Shown: positions 36,577 through 46,131 of the stretch, piece after piece | Layout of the letters: the number at the start of each line of letters is the position of its first letter | Position numbering within the stretch: the first letter of the stretch is position 1 | Assembly: GCA_964348195.1 (NCBI GenBank) | Contig: CAYGBX010000003.1 | Location: forward strand, 4,789-68,788 | DNA: 64,000 nucleotides | Direction of reading: 5' to 3' | DNA from: an uncultured Anaerolineales bacterium | Lineage (GTDB): Bacteria > Chloroflexota > Anaerolineae > UBA7937 > JACPPX01 | The notes under the pieces: generated by a model | What the model was told of the DNA's origin: nothing | The model's input: only the letters and a program-made list of their open reading frames with translations | The model's database searches: none | Position numbers and translations under genes: made by a program

Positions 36577-37136
36577 CCCTGTCCTGGCTCTCGGTGTCTG
36601 CCTAGGCGGCTCTGGGTGACAACTCTCCAAGTGTGGCCCGTCAGCGCTGCACGGACGCGATCGCACACCGCCTCGATCGCCTCCCTACCGCCTCGAGGAG
36701 CCTCCGGCCAGTCATCCACCCTAGGTCCCCAATACTCTCGCGGCGCTCCTGGATACCGAGGAACCACGTGCATGTGGAAATGGGGAACCCCATCCCCGAT
36801 TACGAATGCGTAGATGTGTTCTGCCCCTTCCACCTCCATGAGGGCTCGCGCGAGCCTGGACGCCTGCCACGCCACAGCCTGGGATTCCTCCTGGGTGAGG
36901 TCCCCGAGTCCCGGTGCATGGCGCTTCGTCTCAACCATGAGATACCCTAGGTAGGCCGTCTTCTGATTCTCTCGGGTATGAGCGTGACCCGCATAGATCA
37001 GGTCGTCCTGGTAGATCGCGCCCCCCGGGACGATGAAGAGGCCGCGATGCTTCTGGCAGATCACGCAATCCGACGGAAAATCATCCTCTAGTGCCATATC
37101 CCGATCCCGCCCCGGATCGTCCCGTCCCCCGCTCAT
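36573..37136 (-). CDS. HIT-family hydrolase
   Basis: CVICQK N-terminal motif and histidine triad HFHMHVVPR. The start overlaps the upstream stop (ATGA). Confidence 0.8.
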   Translation of the reverse strand: MSGGRDDPGRDRDMALEDDFPSDCVICQKHRGLFIVPGGAIYQDDLIYAGHAHTRENQKTAYLGYLMVETKRHAPGLGDLTQEESQAVAWQASRLARALMEVEGAEHIYAFVIGDGVPHFHMHVVPRYPGAPREYWGPRVDDWPEAPRGGREAIEAVCDRVRAALTGHTWRVVTQSRLGRHREPGQG

Positions 37137-37639
37137 TCCTGGGAGACGTCGGACTCATCCTCGGCGGATGAGCCGAGAGGCTTCTCCATGGTGAAGAGCG
37201 GAGTGCCGAGGAGATCGCGGGGCCCCTGGTCCGTCCGGCGGAAGCCAAACCGCTCGTAAAGTCGGATCGCCCCAGAGAGAAACGGAGTGCTGCTGAGATA
37301 CATTCGCAGCACGCCTGCTTCGAGAGCATGTGATTCCACCTCTTCGAGCAGGCGGCGCCCGATCCCCTGTCCCTGCGCTGAAGGAACTACCGCCATCCCC
37401 CTCACGTACAGTCCGTCCTCTCTCTCCACAGCCGAAGCGGTGCCCACAACTTGGCCCCCCTGTAGGGCGATCCAGATCGGGCCCTCCGTCATTCTGTCCA
37501 CGACCTCTTCGCCCGGAAGCGCGGTCGCCGCGAAGCCTTCGGGAGTGTAGAGGTGTTCGAACTCTGCGAATGCTTCGAACAGAAGCGAGGCGATCGCCTC
37601 AGTGTCCTCGGATGCAGCCCGTCGAATCTCGATGCTCAA
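37133..37639 (-). CDS. GNAT-family N-acetyltransferase
   Basis: 168 aa. VVPSAQGQGIGRRLL motif A. Confidence 0.8.
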   Translation of the reverse strand: MSIEIRRAASEDTEAIASLLFEAFAEFEHLYTPEGFAATALPGEEVVDRMTEGPIWIALQGGQVVGTASAVEREDGLYVRGMAVVPSAQGQGIGRRLLEEVESHALEAGVLRMYLSSTPFLSGAIRLYERFGFRRTDQGPRDLLGTPLFTMEKPLGSSAEDESDVSQE

Positions 37640-37723
37640 GGAGGGTTCACACTCTCAGCTAGTCCCGAGCCATCCCGACGACGGTCTGTCGCAGGAGCAG
37701 ATGGGTCACTATCCAATCCGTCA

Positions 37724-38509
37724 TTACTCCTCGATGGCTCCCCCGATTCGCCGCAGGTGCTCCCTGAAAGTGTAGGAGGGATCCGCGTCTCGCCTGGACA
37801 AGAACTCCTCGAACTTCAGTAGGTCCCGCAGCGTGGTGCCAGTCTCCACCGCCCTTGCCTGACGCCGCTCGGCCTGACGAATAGTCTCCGCAGCAGTAAC
37901 AACCTCGCCGGCCCTGCTCAGCGGCACGAAGAGGACGCCGTCGGCATCGGCAAAGACTACATCGTCCCTCCCCACCGCGAAGTCGCCAAATCGAGCCGCC
38001 TCCAGCGCTTCCGGCTCCCGCTCGTCCAGCCGCTGAGGTCCCGAAGGAATCGCTCCGTAGCTGAAGACGGGAAAACCGATCTGAACGAGATCCGCCGTGT
38101 CTCGGTGGTAGCCCCAAACCACCATCCCAGCCAGTCCGGAGGCCCTGGCCTCAAGCGCGCTGAGATCCCCCACGCACGCCTCATCTCGTCGGCCTCCATT
38201 ATCTATCACCAGGACATCGCCTTCCTCAGCTGACCCCATCGCCTCGAGAATGATGTCCACGCTGCCGTAGTGCCTAACCGGCACGACTTGACCGGCCAGT
38301 TTGCTCCCTGTGACGACTCCTCGAATCCCAGGTGGTGCAGACCGAATGGGCACCCCCTCGCGGAGGCAAGCGTCCGCTACCAGTGGCGTTGACACCTCAG
38401 AGAAGCTCTCACTGAGACTCTGGTTGTCCATTCGATCCTCCATCGCTAGGCAGCCCGCCAAGCGCAGGGAGAACTGTCCAATGGCTCCCGGCCTCGGGCT
38501 GCGAGACAT
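37724..38509 (-). CDS. RraA-family protein (RraA / HMG-aldolase / oxaloacetate decarboxylase-like)
   Basis: DVLVIDNGGRRDEACVGDLSALEARASGLAGMVVWGYHRD is the RraA-family core. The start may be an internal Met. Confidence 0.7.
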   Translation of the reverse strand: MSRSPRPGAIGQFSLRLAGCLAMEDRMDNQSLSESFSEVSTPLVADACLREGVPIRSAPPGIRGVVTGSKLAGQVVPVRHYGSVDIILEAMGSAEEGDVLVIDNGGRRDEACVGDLSALEARASGLAGMVVWGYHRDTADLVQIGFPVFSYGAIPSGPQRLDEREPEALEAARFGDFAVGRDDVVFADADGVLFVPLSRAGEVVTAAETIRQAERRQARAVETGTTLRDLLKFEEFLSRRDADPSYTFREHLRRIGGAIEE

Positions 38510-38558
38510 GGCAGCCGTCTAGCTTGGCACGAAGCTGACATTGAGACTCTGGTTCTCT

Positions 38559-38813
38559 CTATGCCTGCGCGTCGGAGTTGGCTGCCCGAAGAACACCTCT
38601 ACCCAGGAAGCCCGCGGACAAGATGAGCGATCCGGTCACGAAGAAGGTGAGTCTCACCACCCACCACTCGGCCTCTAGATATGGCTCCGTGCCGTGATAG
38701 ATGTCCGTGAGCGCTAGGTAGCTCGCCACCAGCCCGACCAAGGCCAGCACACTCAGGCCCAACGTCACGAACGCGTACCGTCTCAATCCACTCATGAGCT
38801 TCCTCCTTGGCAC
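38559..38813 (-). CDS. Small hypothetical membrane protein
   Basis: 84 aa with two predicted TM segments. No family assignment. Confidence 0.4.
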   Translation of the reverse strand: MPRRKLMSGLRRYAFVTLGLSVLALVGLVASYLALTDIYHGTEPYLEAEWWVVRLTFFVTGSLILSAGFLGRGVLRAANSDAQA

Positions 38814-38829
38814 CTAGCAGACGCCCGAT

Positions 38830-39273
38830 TCACAGATAACGGCGAACCTTCTCTCGGTACTTCCGATACTCGTCTCCGAATTGACCCTCCAAGAACCGTT
38901 CCTCTCTGCGGACGGACAGGAAGTGCATCGGGACAATGACGGCTGGGAAGAGGATGACGAGCCACAGGGAGTTCACTGCCAGGGATATTCCCAGGTATAT
39001 CATCGACCAACCCACATACATGGGATTCCGGCTCCACGAGTAGGGTCCACCCGTGATGAGTCTCGTAGGAGATTCGATATTCATCTCCCCCGCCTGTCTG
39101 GTGGCCCGTGCAGCAAGACTCAGACCTCCCAGGATGAGCGGTGCGCCAAGAGCCAGACCGATCCGCGAATCAGGAAAGATGCCGTCGGGACGGAAGAAAT
39201 GGATGACGAGCCCCAGGATCAACCCGCCCAGGTGTTCGACTGGGATGGGGAAGTTGCTCCATCTCCAGTTCAC
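38830..39273 (-). CDS. Isoprenylcysteine carboxyl methyltransferase / phospholipid methyltransferase family protein
   Basis: LITGGPYSWSRNPMYVG...REERFLEGQFGDEYRKYREKVRRY, the ICMT/PEMT signature. Confidence 0.75.
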   Translation of the reverse strand: MNWRWSNFPIPVEHLGGLILGLVIHFFRPDGIFPDSRIGLALGAPLILGGLSLAARATRQAGEMNIESPTRLITGGPYSWSRNPMYVGWSMIYLGISLAVNSLWLVILFPAVIVPMHFLSVRREERFLEGQFGDEYRKYREKVRRYL

Positions 39274-39348
39274 CCCTATACCCCCTCGGTCGGACGGACT
39301 TCGCCTCGGTTCTCTTCCGGCTCCGATCCGGGCGCTCTAGTGATCCGT

Positions 39349-39813
39349 CTAGTAGATCGGCGGGAACAAGAAGGAGGTCCGAGCGACGTGCTCCTTCCAC
39401 TCCTCGCCAAACATGCGTTCGAGGGCCTCCTCCTCTCGACTGGCGTGGGCGATGGCCGTGGGCACCATGAGCAATGGCGTAGCGACCAATCCCCAGAGGC
39501 TCATCAGCCCGATCGAAAGGCCGAGGAATGCGATGATCCACCCCAGATAGTAGGGATGACGAACGAATGCATAGGGCCCGGTGGTGACCAGGGTGTCGCT
39601 CACGGGCTCTATATCCCCGATCTTCTTGCTCGGCCTCCTCAGGTGAAGGCCTGACCAGATCACCAGAAGAACGCCGGCTCCGAAGCCCCCGAAACCCAAG
39701 GCCCTAGACAGCGTGCCATCAATGGCCAGACTATCCCTGCTGAGGAGAATGATCACCAGGACCGCGATATCAGCGATCTGATGTGCCCAGAACACCACTC
39801 TGTCGCTCATCAA
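39349..39813 (-). CDS. Isoprenylcysteine carboxyl methyltransferase / phospholipid methyltransferase family protein (paralogue)
   Basis: LVTTGPYAFVRHPYYLG...REEEALERMFGEEWKEH. Confidence 0.75.
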   Translation of the reverse strand: MMSDRVVFWAHQIADIAVLVIILLSRDSLAIDGTLSRALGFGGFGAGVLLVIWSGLHLRRPSKKIGDIEPVSDTLVTTGPYAFVRHPYYLGWIIAFLGLSIGLMSLWGLVATPLLMVPTAIAHASREEEALERMFGEEWKEHVARTSFLFPPIY

Positions 39814-39914
39814 AGGGCTCTCCTTCCCGCCGTAGGGCTCTGCCGTGGCTGAAGCGGGTCAGGTGCCAGCGCACAGTGTCCGGGCCTCGACCCGCCGGTG
39901 GTACCCGAAGACCG

Positions 39915-40226
39915 CTACCCGGTGGACTCGCTCGATCCGAAGACCTCATAGTGGTGAACCGTCACCTCCTCTATGAGATGCGCTTCCTCCTCCAACACCA
40001 CGGCCTGGGTCCAGTCCTCTCCCACCGCCTCCTTCAGAGCATCGACGTTCTGCCACAGCGAGACGATGCAGCACTCCCCGGCATCCCCGTCGATGGGTTT
40101 TCCGAAGTAGTAACCGAGCATGCCACGCTTGGATTCAAGCCAGGGAGCCGCTGCCTGCTCGGCCTCCTCCTGCCACTCTCCGAGCTTTCCCTCCCGGATC
40201 TTGGCTCGAAACACTCTCACGATCAT
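39915..40226 (-). CDS. ABM-domain-like (ferredoxin-fold) small protein
   Basis: ATG at 40226 after GGGAGGAGGAAAC. MIVRVFRAKIREGKLGEW...SLWQNVDALKEAVGEDW is typical of antibiotic-biosynthesis-monooxygenase-like proteins. Confidence 0.5.
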   Translation of the reverse strand: MIVRVFRAKIREGKLGEWQEEAEQAAAPWLESKRGMLGYYFGKPIDGDAGECCIVSLWQNVDALKEAVGEDWTQAVVLEEEAHLIEEVTVHHYEVFGSSESTG

Positions 40227-40245
40227 GTTTCCTCCTCCCTGTGCC

Positions 40246-40899
40246 TCACCCCTCCTGCCTCCGAAAGAGTGAAGGCAGGATTCCGGCCCACAGAACGAGC
40301 GCCATCGCAGCGAAACCCAGGATCTCCCCCGGCACCGGTCTCCTGAAGAACTCATCCGGCGGGAAGGAGATCAGCGCGTAGGTGATGATCTGATGAACTG
40401 CCAGCGGGATCGACGCCAGGGCCACACCCCCGAACACGACCCCGTGCACCATGAGGTACCCCCTGTGGAGAAACGACTGCCCGCGCTCCTCTGGTCCCTC
40501 CACGCGATCGCGTAGGGACCAGTGCAACAGGAAAGCAAGGATCCCAATGGCTGCGAACGCTCCACCAGCGTAAAGATCCTGGGTTCGAAGCGACTCATCG
40601 TAGCGGATATCCGACTCCTCCACGAACCGGAAGCTTGTCCGCCCTTCCACCTCTCCCAGATAGCTGAAGGGCGTTCCCAGCGCATAGGCGAGACCGGCCC
40701 TGATCAAGAGACCGCCCCCCGTGAAGAGAACCAGCGCTGCCAGGAACATCATGGCGTAGGCGTAGAACCGGTGCAGGAAGCGTTGCTGCAGGGACTCCGG
40801 TTCCCTCTCGGACCGGATGTACACAATGGCAGCGACCAGGACCGCCACGAATCCCAACATCAAGATCAGCGGAATCAGCACATCAGCGCCTATGGCCAT
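40246..40899 (-). CDS. Hypothetical polytopic membrane protein
   Basis: 217 aa with about six hydrophobic segments. RBS GGAGGAG before the ATG. Confidence 0.5.
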   Translation of the reverse strand: MAIGADVLIPLILMLGFVAVLVAAIVYIRSEREPESLQQRFLHRFYAYAMMFLAALVLFTGGGLLIRAGLAYALGTPFSYLGEVEGRTSFRFVEESDIRYDESLRTQDLYAGGAFAAIGILAFLLHWSLRDRVEGPEERGQSFLHRGYLMVHGVVFGGVALASIPLAVHQIITYALISFPPDEFFRRPVPGEILGFAAMALVLWAGILPSLFRRQEG

Positions 40900-40986
40900 C
40901 TAGCTCCTCCGTAGCCAGCAGGAAGAATCCCCGAACGGGCATGTACTCCGTGCACAGTGCCCCACGTCGCATCCGGGCGGCATTAT

Positions 40987-41664
40987 TCACTCGCTCCCTC
41001 TAACCCAGGCAAAGAACAGCTCAGTCCCAGATACGGCACCGGCGTTCGTCACTTCATTCAATTCAGCCGCGGCTCCAAACAAGGACACGAAGTCCCGGTA
41101 GTCGTCGAAGCCCTCGTCCTGGGCGCTGAACGAGTGGACCATCATCATCGACTGCACGGCATGGAATCTCGGCGCCTCAAGCACCGCCGATGCAGTACGG
41201 TGAAGAAGCTGATATCGGATCGGTCCTATCTCCATGCCCTCCAGTTCAAGAAGGCTCCTGATGAACTTCAACCTCTTCCTCTTGCCTGAAGAGGCGTCAC
41301 TGAGCCAATCCTGCACAGTGGGACCGAAGGGCTCAGCTACCTTTCCCTCGACCGCCATCGAGACTAGCCCCGAATCGGTACGGGCCAGAACCCAGAGATC
41401 GCTCTGGGATGGCGTACGTCCCCCGGGCAGTGCCACTTGATGCTCTGGAATCGCCAGAAGTAGCTCAATACTCGTGAACCTGCCCGATTTGGCCAGAACC
41501 CGACGCACTGATTCAGGGAACCCATCGGCCTCCTGCCAAGCGTGCGCCAGGGCGTGCGCTGAGTATCCAGCCTTCCACTGTCTGTCCGGCTTAGCGAGGA
41601 ATTCCTTCCAGTCGTTCGCTGATGATGCTGGAACATAGACCAAGGGCATGGGATGACCTGCCAA
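40987..41664 (-). CDS. Uncharacterised protein with PD-(D/E)XK-like motif (resembles the family I believe is catalogued as DUF6946)
   Basis: SQSDLWVL-x-...SMAVEGKV (D-x16-E-x-K) and RYQLLHRTAS...MMVHSFS. Fourth gene of the low-GC cassette. Confidence 0.5.
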   Translation of the reverse strand: MAGHPMPLVYVPASSANDWKEFLAKPDRQWKAGYSAHALAHAWQEADGFPESVRRVLAKSGRFTSIELLLAIPEHQVALPGGRTPSQSDLWVLARTDSGLVSMAVEGKVAEPFGPTVQDWLSDASSGKRKRLKFIRSLLELEGMEIGPIRYQLLHRTASAVLEAPRFHAVQSMMMVHSFSAQDEGFDDYRDFVSLFGAAAELNEVTNAGAVSGTELFFAWVRGSE

Positions 41665-41672
41665 CTAGACCG

Positions 41673-42164
41673 CTAGCTGGCCGCCCTCCTCAATCTCGAG
41701 CGCTCAGGAACGCCTTCCATCAGCTCTTCAAGCTTCGATAGCCCGATCGGTCTCTGGCCGTTCTTCTGCATCCTTCCAGCAGCCTCCCAGGCAATCTGGC
41801 CCGGGCCATTGTACGCCTCCTCGAAAGTCCCGTCCGGTTGGATTTGGATCACCAGAAGATGATCGGGGTTGATGGAGATCCCAATGGAGCGGCGCTGCGT
41901 GGCCTTTATCTGAACCAGACGGCCGTCCAGGGCTCTCGCATCATGCCCCTCTTCTGACGCCGGCAATAGCTCCAGCCCGTAGGCGTGGGCGGCGAGTACT
42001 TCTCCGATGCTTCCGACTAGATGACCATCCGGCGTGAATCGCCGGTGAGGGAACAGCTCCTCCAGCTTCGCTACGGTCGAGTAGATCTCCCGAATCAAGG
42101 TCGGAATCTCTTCAATCGCCTCTCTCTCAGCAGAGTAGTTGCCGCCCATCTTTCCACTAGCCAA
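41673..42164 (-). CDS. Uncharacterised protein with PD-(D/E)XK-variant motif (resembles the family I believe is catalogued as DUF6998)
   Basis: FTPDGHLVGSIGEVLAA...GHDARALDGRLVQIKATQ (E...D-x9-Q-x-K) and YNGPG. The start is TTG at 42164 or ATG at 42149. Confidence 0.5.
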   Translation of the reverse strand: MASGKMGGNYSAEREAIEEIPTLIREIYSTVAKLEELFPHRRFTPDGHLVGSIGEVLAAHAYGLELLPASEEGHDARALDGRLVQIKATQRRSIGISINPDHLLVIQIQPDGTFEEAYNGPGQIAWEAAGRMQKNGQRPIGLSKLEELMEGVPERSRLRRAAS

Positions 42165-42175
42165 TCAAGGCGGTC

Positions 42176-42895
42176 TCAGATCAGGTTGGCCTTGTAGTAG
42201 TGTCGCAGGTATTCGAAGTAGCCTCTCTCTTCACTCGATGGCCGGAAGACGCTACTAGTGAAGACCTTATGAAGGACCTCCGCCATGGACGCAACATCGG
42301 GCGCCTGAAATGCGTTCCAGTCCGTATCCGTGGGATGTCCAATGTTCTGCAAGTGGACCTTGTTTCTCAGGGGCCGAAGTTTCTTGAGGGACGCATAGAC
42401 GGAGTGGTCAGACCCCAGAACCCTGTGCCTCTCCGCCTTCTTTAGCATCGCATCGAAGGTCATCTCCTCCAGCTTCGGAGAGGCGAGACGGGTGAGAATG
42501 TGAGAATCAACCTTCGTGATTCTGCCGTCGATTCTCTTCGGGTTACCTGGCGCCACCGCCTTTAGTGCCCACTCCGTCACAGAGTGCACGCCTCTCGCTA
42601 CCAGGAGATAGTGGAGTAGCGATTCAATGATCGCGCACCCCACTACGATGATCGTCTTCCGCGTCTGAGTTCTGAGAACTGAGCTCAGCTTTAGGTCCTT
42701 CAGGCATCGGTCCAAGAATTCGACATGCTGCAGGTTGTAGGCGATGTTCCTGCGCAGGGCGTATGTGTGACGGTAGCCCCGGCCTGAGTAGATGACCTTG
42801 ATTAGAAGGTCATCCAAGCGCTCTATCGGGACAGGGTACCAGCCCGAGCCAGATTCGTTGACTCTAGTCAATCTGGACATTGCGGGACCTACCAC
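42176..42895 (-). CDS. Uncharacterised helical protein with HEPN-like R-x(3-6)-H motif
   Basis: LKKLRPLRNKVHLQN near the C-terminal third. About 50% G+C. Overlaps the upstream ORF by 17-32 nt. Confidence 0.4.
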   Translation of the reverse strand: MVGPAMSRLTRVNESGSGWYPVPIERLDDLLIKVIYSGRGYRHTYALRRNIAYNLQHVEFLDRCLKDLKLSSVLRTQTRKTIIVVGCAIIESLLHYLLVARGVHSVTEWALKAVAPGNPKRIDGRITKVDSHILTRLASPKLEEMTFDAMLKKAERHRVLGSDHSVYASLKKLRPLRNKVHLQNIGHPTDTDWNAFQAPDVASMAEVLHKVFTSSVFRPSSEERGYFEYLRHYYKANLI

Positions 42896-43463
42896 TCTTC
42901 TGGGATTGACCCTTCGCTTCGATTAGATTCCTCAATCTTCCCCATCCTGGATCCAAGGAATCCTCGGGGCGCTCCAATAGTCCTTTCCATCGGTCACCCA
43001 CCTGCTCCTCATCGATCATCCCGAGAAAGGTCTCGAGAGCAGGCTGAAGGGCATTGCCGATACCCGTAAAGTCCCAGCCCTTTCTTTCTCTCTGCGGATA
43101 GACCAGGTGAACGATCTGCTTGTCGACATAAAAGACCAGTTCGTCGTACTCCAAGGCAGAGGGCAGCTCTCCACGCGCTTCGCGCCAGTCGCCTTTCTCC
43201 TGGAAGAAATGCTCAGCAACCATGTCGTCTTGTCGTACGCGTCTCTTCTTTCGCTCCCTCTGTTCCTCGCCATAGAAGAAGTCGACCAGGTTTCTTGAAT
43301 GAATGGCTCCAGCTTCGATGAGCAGCTTCCTGGTCAATTGGTCGTCAACACCCTCTTCGAAGGCCTCCGCGATTCCAGTCAGCATCTGCCACTCATAGAA
43401 GAGCCGGTCAGATGCGCCCCTCAGATCCTCTGCCGTTTTCGACTCCCACCCGGTGTCGGCCAT
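42864..43463 (-). CDS. Uncharacterised helical protein, first gene of the low-GC cassette
   Basis: 199 aa. IHSRNLVDFFY and VDKQIVHLVY motifs. About 48-50% G+C. The ATG lies 15 nt after the dnaK terminator hairpin. Confidence 0.4.
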   Translation of the reverse strand: MADTGWESKTAEDLRGASDRLFYEWQMLTGIAEAFEEGVDDQLTRKLLIEAGAIHSRNLVDFFYGEEQRERKKRRVRQDDMVAEHFFQEKGDWREARGELPSALEYDELVFYVDKQIVHLVYPQRERKGWDFTGIGNALQPALETFLGMIDEEQVGDRWKGLLERPEDSLDPGWGRLRNLIEAKGQSQKSGRSRNVQID

Positions 43464-43477
43464 GGTCTTGTAAGCGA

Positions 43478-43501
43478 AGCGGGGGGCTTGCGCCCCCCGC
43501 T
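43478..43501 (-). terminator. GC-rich hairpin immediately after dnaK
   Basis: agcggggggc / ttgc / gccccccgct, a perfect 10-bp stem starting 3 nt after the dnaK stop. No U-tract. Confidence 0.5.
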
Positions 43502-43503
43502 CG

Positions 43504-45396
43504 TTACTCGTCTACCTCTTTGAATTCGCCTTCGACGGTGCCTTCGTCCTCGGGCGGAGGCTCGCCGCCAGGTTCGCCTCCTCCCGCCGCCGCCTCCTGC
43601 TGGTACATCTCGGCCCCGATCTTCTGCATCGATTCGGAAAGCTCGGACGCCTTCTGGCGGATGAGGTTGATGTCCTGGCCCTTCATAACCTCGCGAACCT
43701 CCGCCACTTTCGATTCGACCTCTGACCGAACCCCATCGGGCACCTTGTCGCCCAGGTCTCCCAGGGTCTTCTCGGCAGCGTAGGCCACGGAGTCTGCCTG
43801 GTTGCGGACCTCGACCTCCTCCTTGCGCTTGGTGTCCTCCGCCTCGTACTTTCTAGCGTCCTCAACCATCTTCTCGACCTCTTCGTCACTGAGGCCGCTC
43901 GAGCCCGTGATGGTGATGTTCTGTTCCTTGCCGGTGGCTTTGTCCTCGGCAGACACGTTGAGGATCCCATTGGCGTCGATGTCGAAGGAGACCTCGATCT
44001 GAGGCATCCCCCGGGGAGCAGGTGGGATCCCGTCCAGGTGGAACCGGCCCAGGGTCTTGTTGTCGCCGGCCATGGGCCGCTCGCCCTGCACCACGTGGAC
44101 CTCGACTGTGGTTTGGCCGTCGGCGGCGGTGGAGAAGATCTGGCTCTTCTTGGTGGGGATGGTGGTATTGCGCTCGATGATTCCCGTGGCCACCCCGCCC
44201 AGGGTCTCGATGGAGAGTGTCAGGGGCGTCACATCGAGCAGGAGGATGTCCTCCACCTCGCCCCCGAGGACCCCAGCCTGGATAGCAGCACCCACTGCCA
44301 CCACCTCGTCGGGGTTGATTCCCTTGTGTGGCTCCCTGCCGAAGAACTCCCCCACCATCTTCTGCACGGCCGGCATACGGGTCTGGCCACCGACCAGGAT
44401 CACTTCGTCGATGTCGGAACCCTGCAGCTTGGCGTCCTCCATAGCCTGCTTCATGGGCGGCATGGTTCGCTCCACCAGGTCTCCCACCAGCTGTTCCAGC
44501 TTGGACCTGGTGAGCCTCATCTGGAGGTGCTTCGGGCCCGAGGCATCCGCAGTGATGAAGGGAAGGTTGATCTCGGTCTCGCCGACGGTGGAGAGCTCCA
44601 CTTTGGCCTTCTCCGCCGCCTCCTTCAGCCTCTGGAGAGCCATCCGATCCTGGCGCAGATCGATTCCGGATTCCTTCCTGTACTCCTCAGCCACCCACTC
44701 GATGACCCTCTGATCGAGGTCGTCCCCGCCCAGGTGGGTGTCCCCGTTGGTGGATCGGACCTCGAACACGCCCTCCCCGATGTCTAGGATGGAGATGTCG
44801 TAGGTGCCGCCGCCCAGGTCGTAGACGGCGACAGTCTCGTCCTCCTTCTTCTCGAGACCGTAGGCCAGGGATGAAGCAGTGGGCTCGTTGATGATGCGGA
44901 GTACCTCCAGACCGGCGATCTTGCCGGCGTCCTTGGTGGCCTGGCGCTGGGAGTCGTTGAAGTAGGCAGGAACGGTGATCACCGCCTGGGTGATCTTTTC
45001 TCCGAGGTAGGCCTCGGCGTCGGCCCGCATCTTCTGAAGGATCATGGCGGAGATCTCCGGAGGCGAGTAGTCCTTGTCGCCCATGCGCACCTGGACATCG
45101 CCGTTGCTGGCCTCGCTCAGCGTGTACGGGACCAGCTCGATATCGTGTTGGACTGTGGGATCCTTGAACCTTCGGCCCATAAACCGCTTGATGGAGAAGA
45201 TGGTGTTCTCGGGGTTGGTGATGGCCTGGCGCTTGGCCACCTGTCCCACCAAGCGCTCGCCGTTCTTGGAGATGGCCACCACCGACGGAGTCAAGCGGTT
45301 CCCCTCGGCGTTGGGGATGACGGTAGGCTCTCCGCCCTCCATCACCGCCATCACCGAGTTGGTGGTACCTAGGTCGATTCCCAGAATCTTCGCCAT
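43504..45396 (-). CDS. dnaK: Molecular chaperone DnaK (Hsp70)
   Basis: [17 protein letters not shown]-type (DLGGGTYD) and full-length Hsp70 blocks. 630 aa. Confidence 0.97.
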   Translation of the reverse strand: MAKILGIDLGTTNSVMAVMEGGEPTVIPNAEGNRLTPSVVAISKNGERLVGQVAKRQAITNPENTIFSIKRFMGRRFKDPTVQHDIELVPYTLSEASNGDVQVRMGDKDYSPPEISAMILQKMRADAEAYLGEKITQAVITVPAYFNDSQRQATKDAGKIAGLEVLRIINEPTASSLAYGLEKKEDETVAVYDLGGGTYDISILDIGEGVFEVRSTNGDTHLGGDDLDQRVIEWVAEEYRKESGIDLRQDRMALQRLKEAAEKAKVELSTVGETEINLPFITADASGPKHLQMRLTRSKLEQLVGDLVERTMPPMKQAMEDAKLQGSDIDEVILVGGQTRMPAVQKMVGEFFGREPHKGINPDEVVAVGAAIQAGVLGGEVEDILLLDVTPLTLSIETLGGVATGIIERNTTIPTKKSQIFSTAADGQTTVEVHVVQGERPMAGDNKTLGRFHLDGIPPAPRGMPQIEVSFDIDANGILNVSAEDKATGKEQNITITGSSGLSDEEVEKMVEDARKYEAEDTKRKEEVEVRNQADSVAYAAEKTLGDLGDKVPDGVRSEVESKVAEVREVMKGQDINLIRQKASELSESMQKIGAEMYQQEAAAGGGEPGGEPPPEDEGTVEGEFKEVDE

Positions 45397-45414
45397 TTGA
45401 TCTGCTCCCTGAGT

Positions 45415-46131
45415 CTAGTCTGATGTCTCAGAAGGTTCGGATGTCTCGTCAGTCTCGGCCGCTTCGGTCTCCTTCGATTCGGCGGCCCCGCGCGCCACCT
45501 TGACCAAGGCGGGACGGATCACTCTGTCGTGGAGCGTGTACCCGCGCTGCAGCTCCGCCAGCACCGTGCCCTCCTCGTGGTCATCGGAGGGTTCGTAAGC
45601 CACAGCCTCGTGGAGCATGGGATCGAAGGCCTGACCCACCGCCTCGATAGGCTTGAGCCCCTCCGCCTGCAGCGTCCATTCCAGCTTTCGATGGATGAGG
45701 AATATTCCGTCCACCCAGGTCAGGTGGCTGAGGTTGGAGGGCAGCGTGGCCCCCGCTCGCTCGAAATCGTCCATGATAGGCAAGAGCTTGTTCACCAGAA
45801 CGCTGTTGGCGAACTGGATCACCTCCTCCTTCTCCCGGTCGTTTCGCTTCCGAAAGTTGGCGAAGTCGGCGCGAGCTCGACGCCACCTGTCCAGGTACTT
45901 CTCAACCTTCGCCCGCTCCTTCTCGACGAGCGCCTTCAAAGCGTCAGGATCATCGGGGAGCGGCTCCAGCGCCTCGTCCTCTGCTTCCTCACCCAGCTGC
46001 TCCTGGACATCGGCTGCTTTCGAATTCTCGACCGCCTCCAAATCATCCGGTTGGACTGGCTCTTTCTCTTCTGATTCCACTCTCTCTACCATTACGCCCC
46101 TACTCACTCCCAACGGTGCGAGCGCTCGCAC
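45415..46131 (-). CDS. grpE: Nucleotide exchange factor GrpE
   Basis: RARADFANFRKR, FDPMLHEAV, RPALVKV. The start may be the internal Met at 46092. Confidence 0.9.
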   Translation of the reverse strand: MRALAPLGVSRGVMVERVESEEKEPVQPDDLEAVENSKAADVQEQLGEEAEDEALEPLPDDPDALKALVEKERAKVEKYLDRWRRARADFANFRKRNDREKEEVIQFANSVLVNKLLPIMDDFERAGATLPSNLSHLTWVDGIFLIHRKLEWTLQAEGLKPIEAVGQAFDPMLHEAVAYEPSDDHEEGTVLAELQRGYTLHDRVIRPALVKVARGAAESKETEAAETDETSEPSETSD

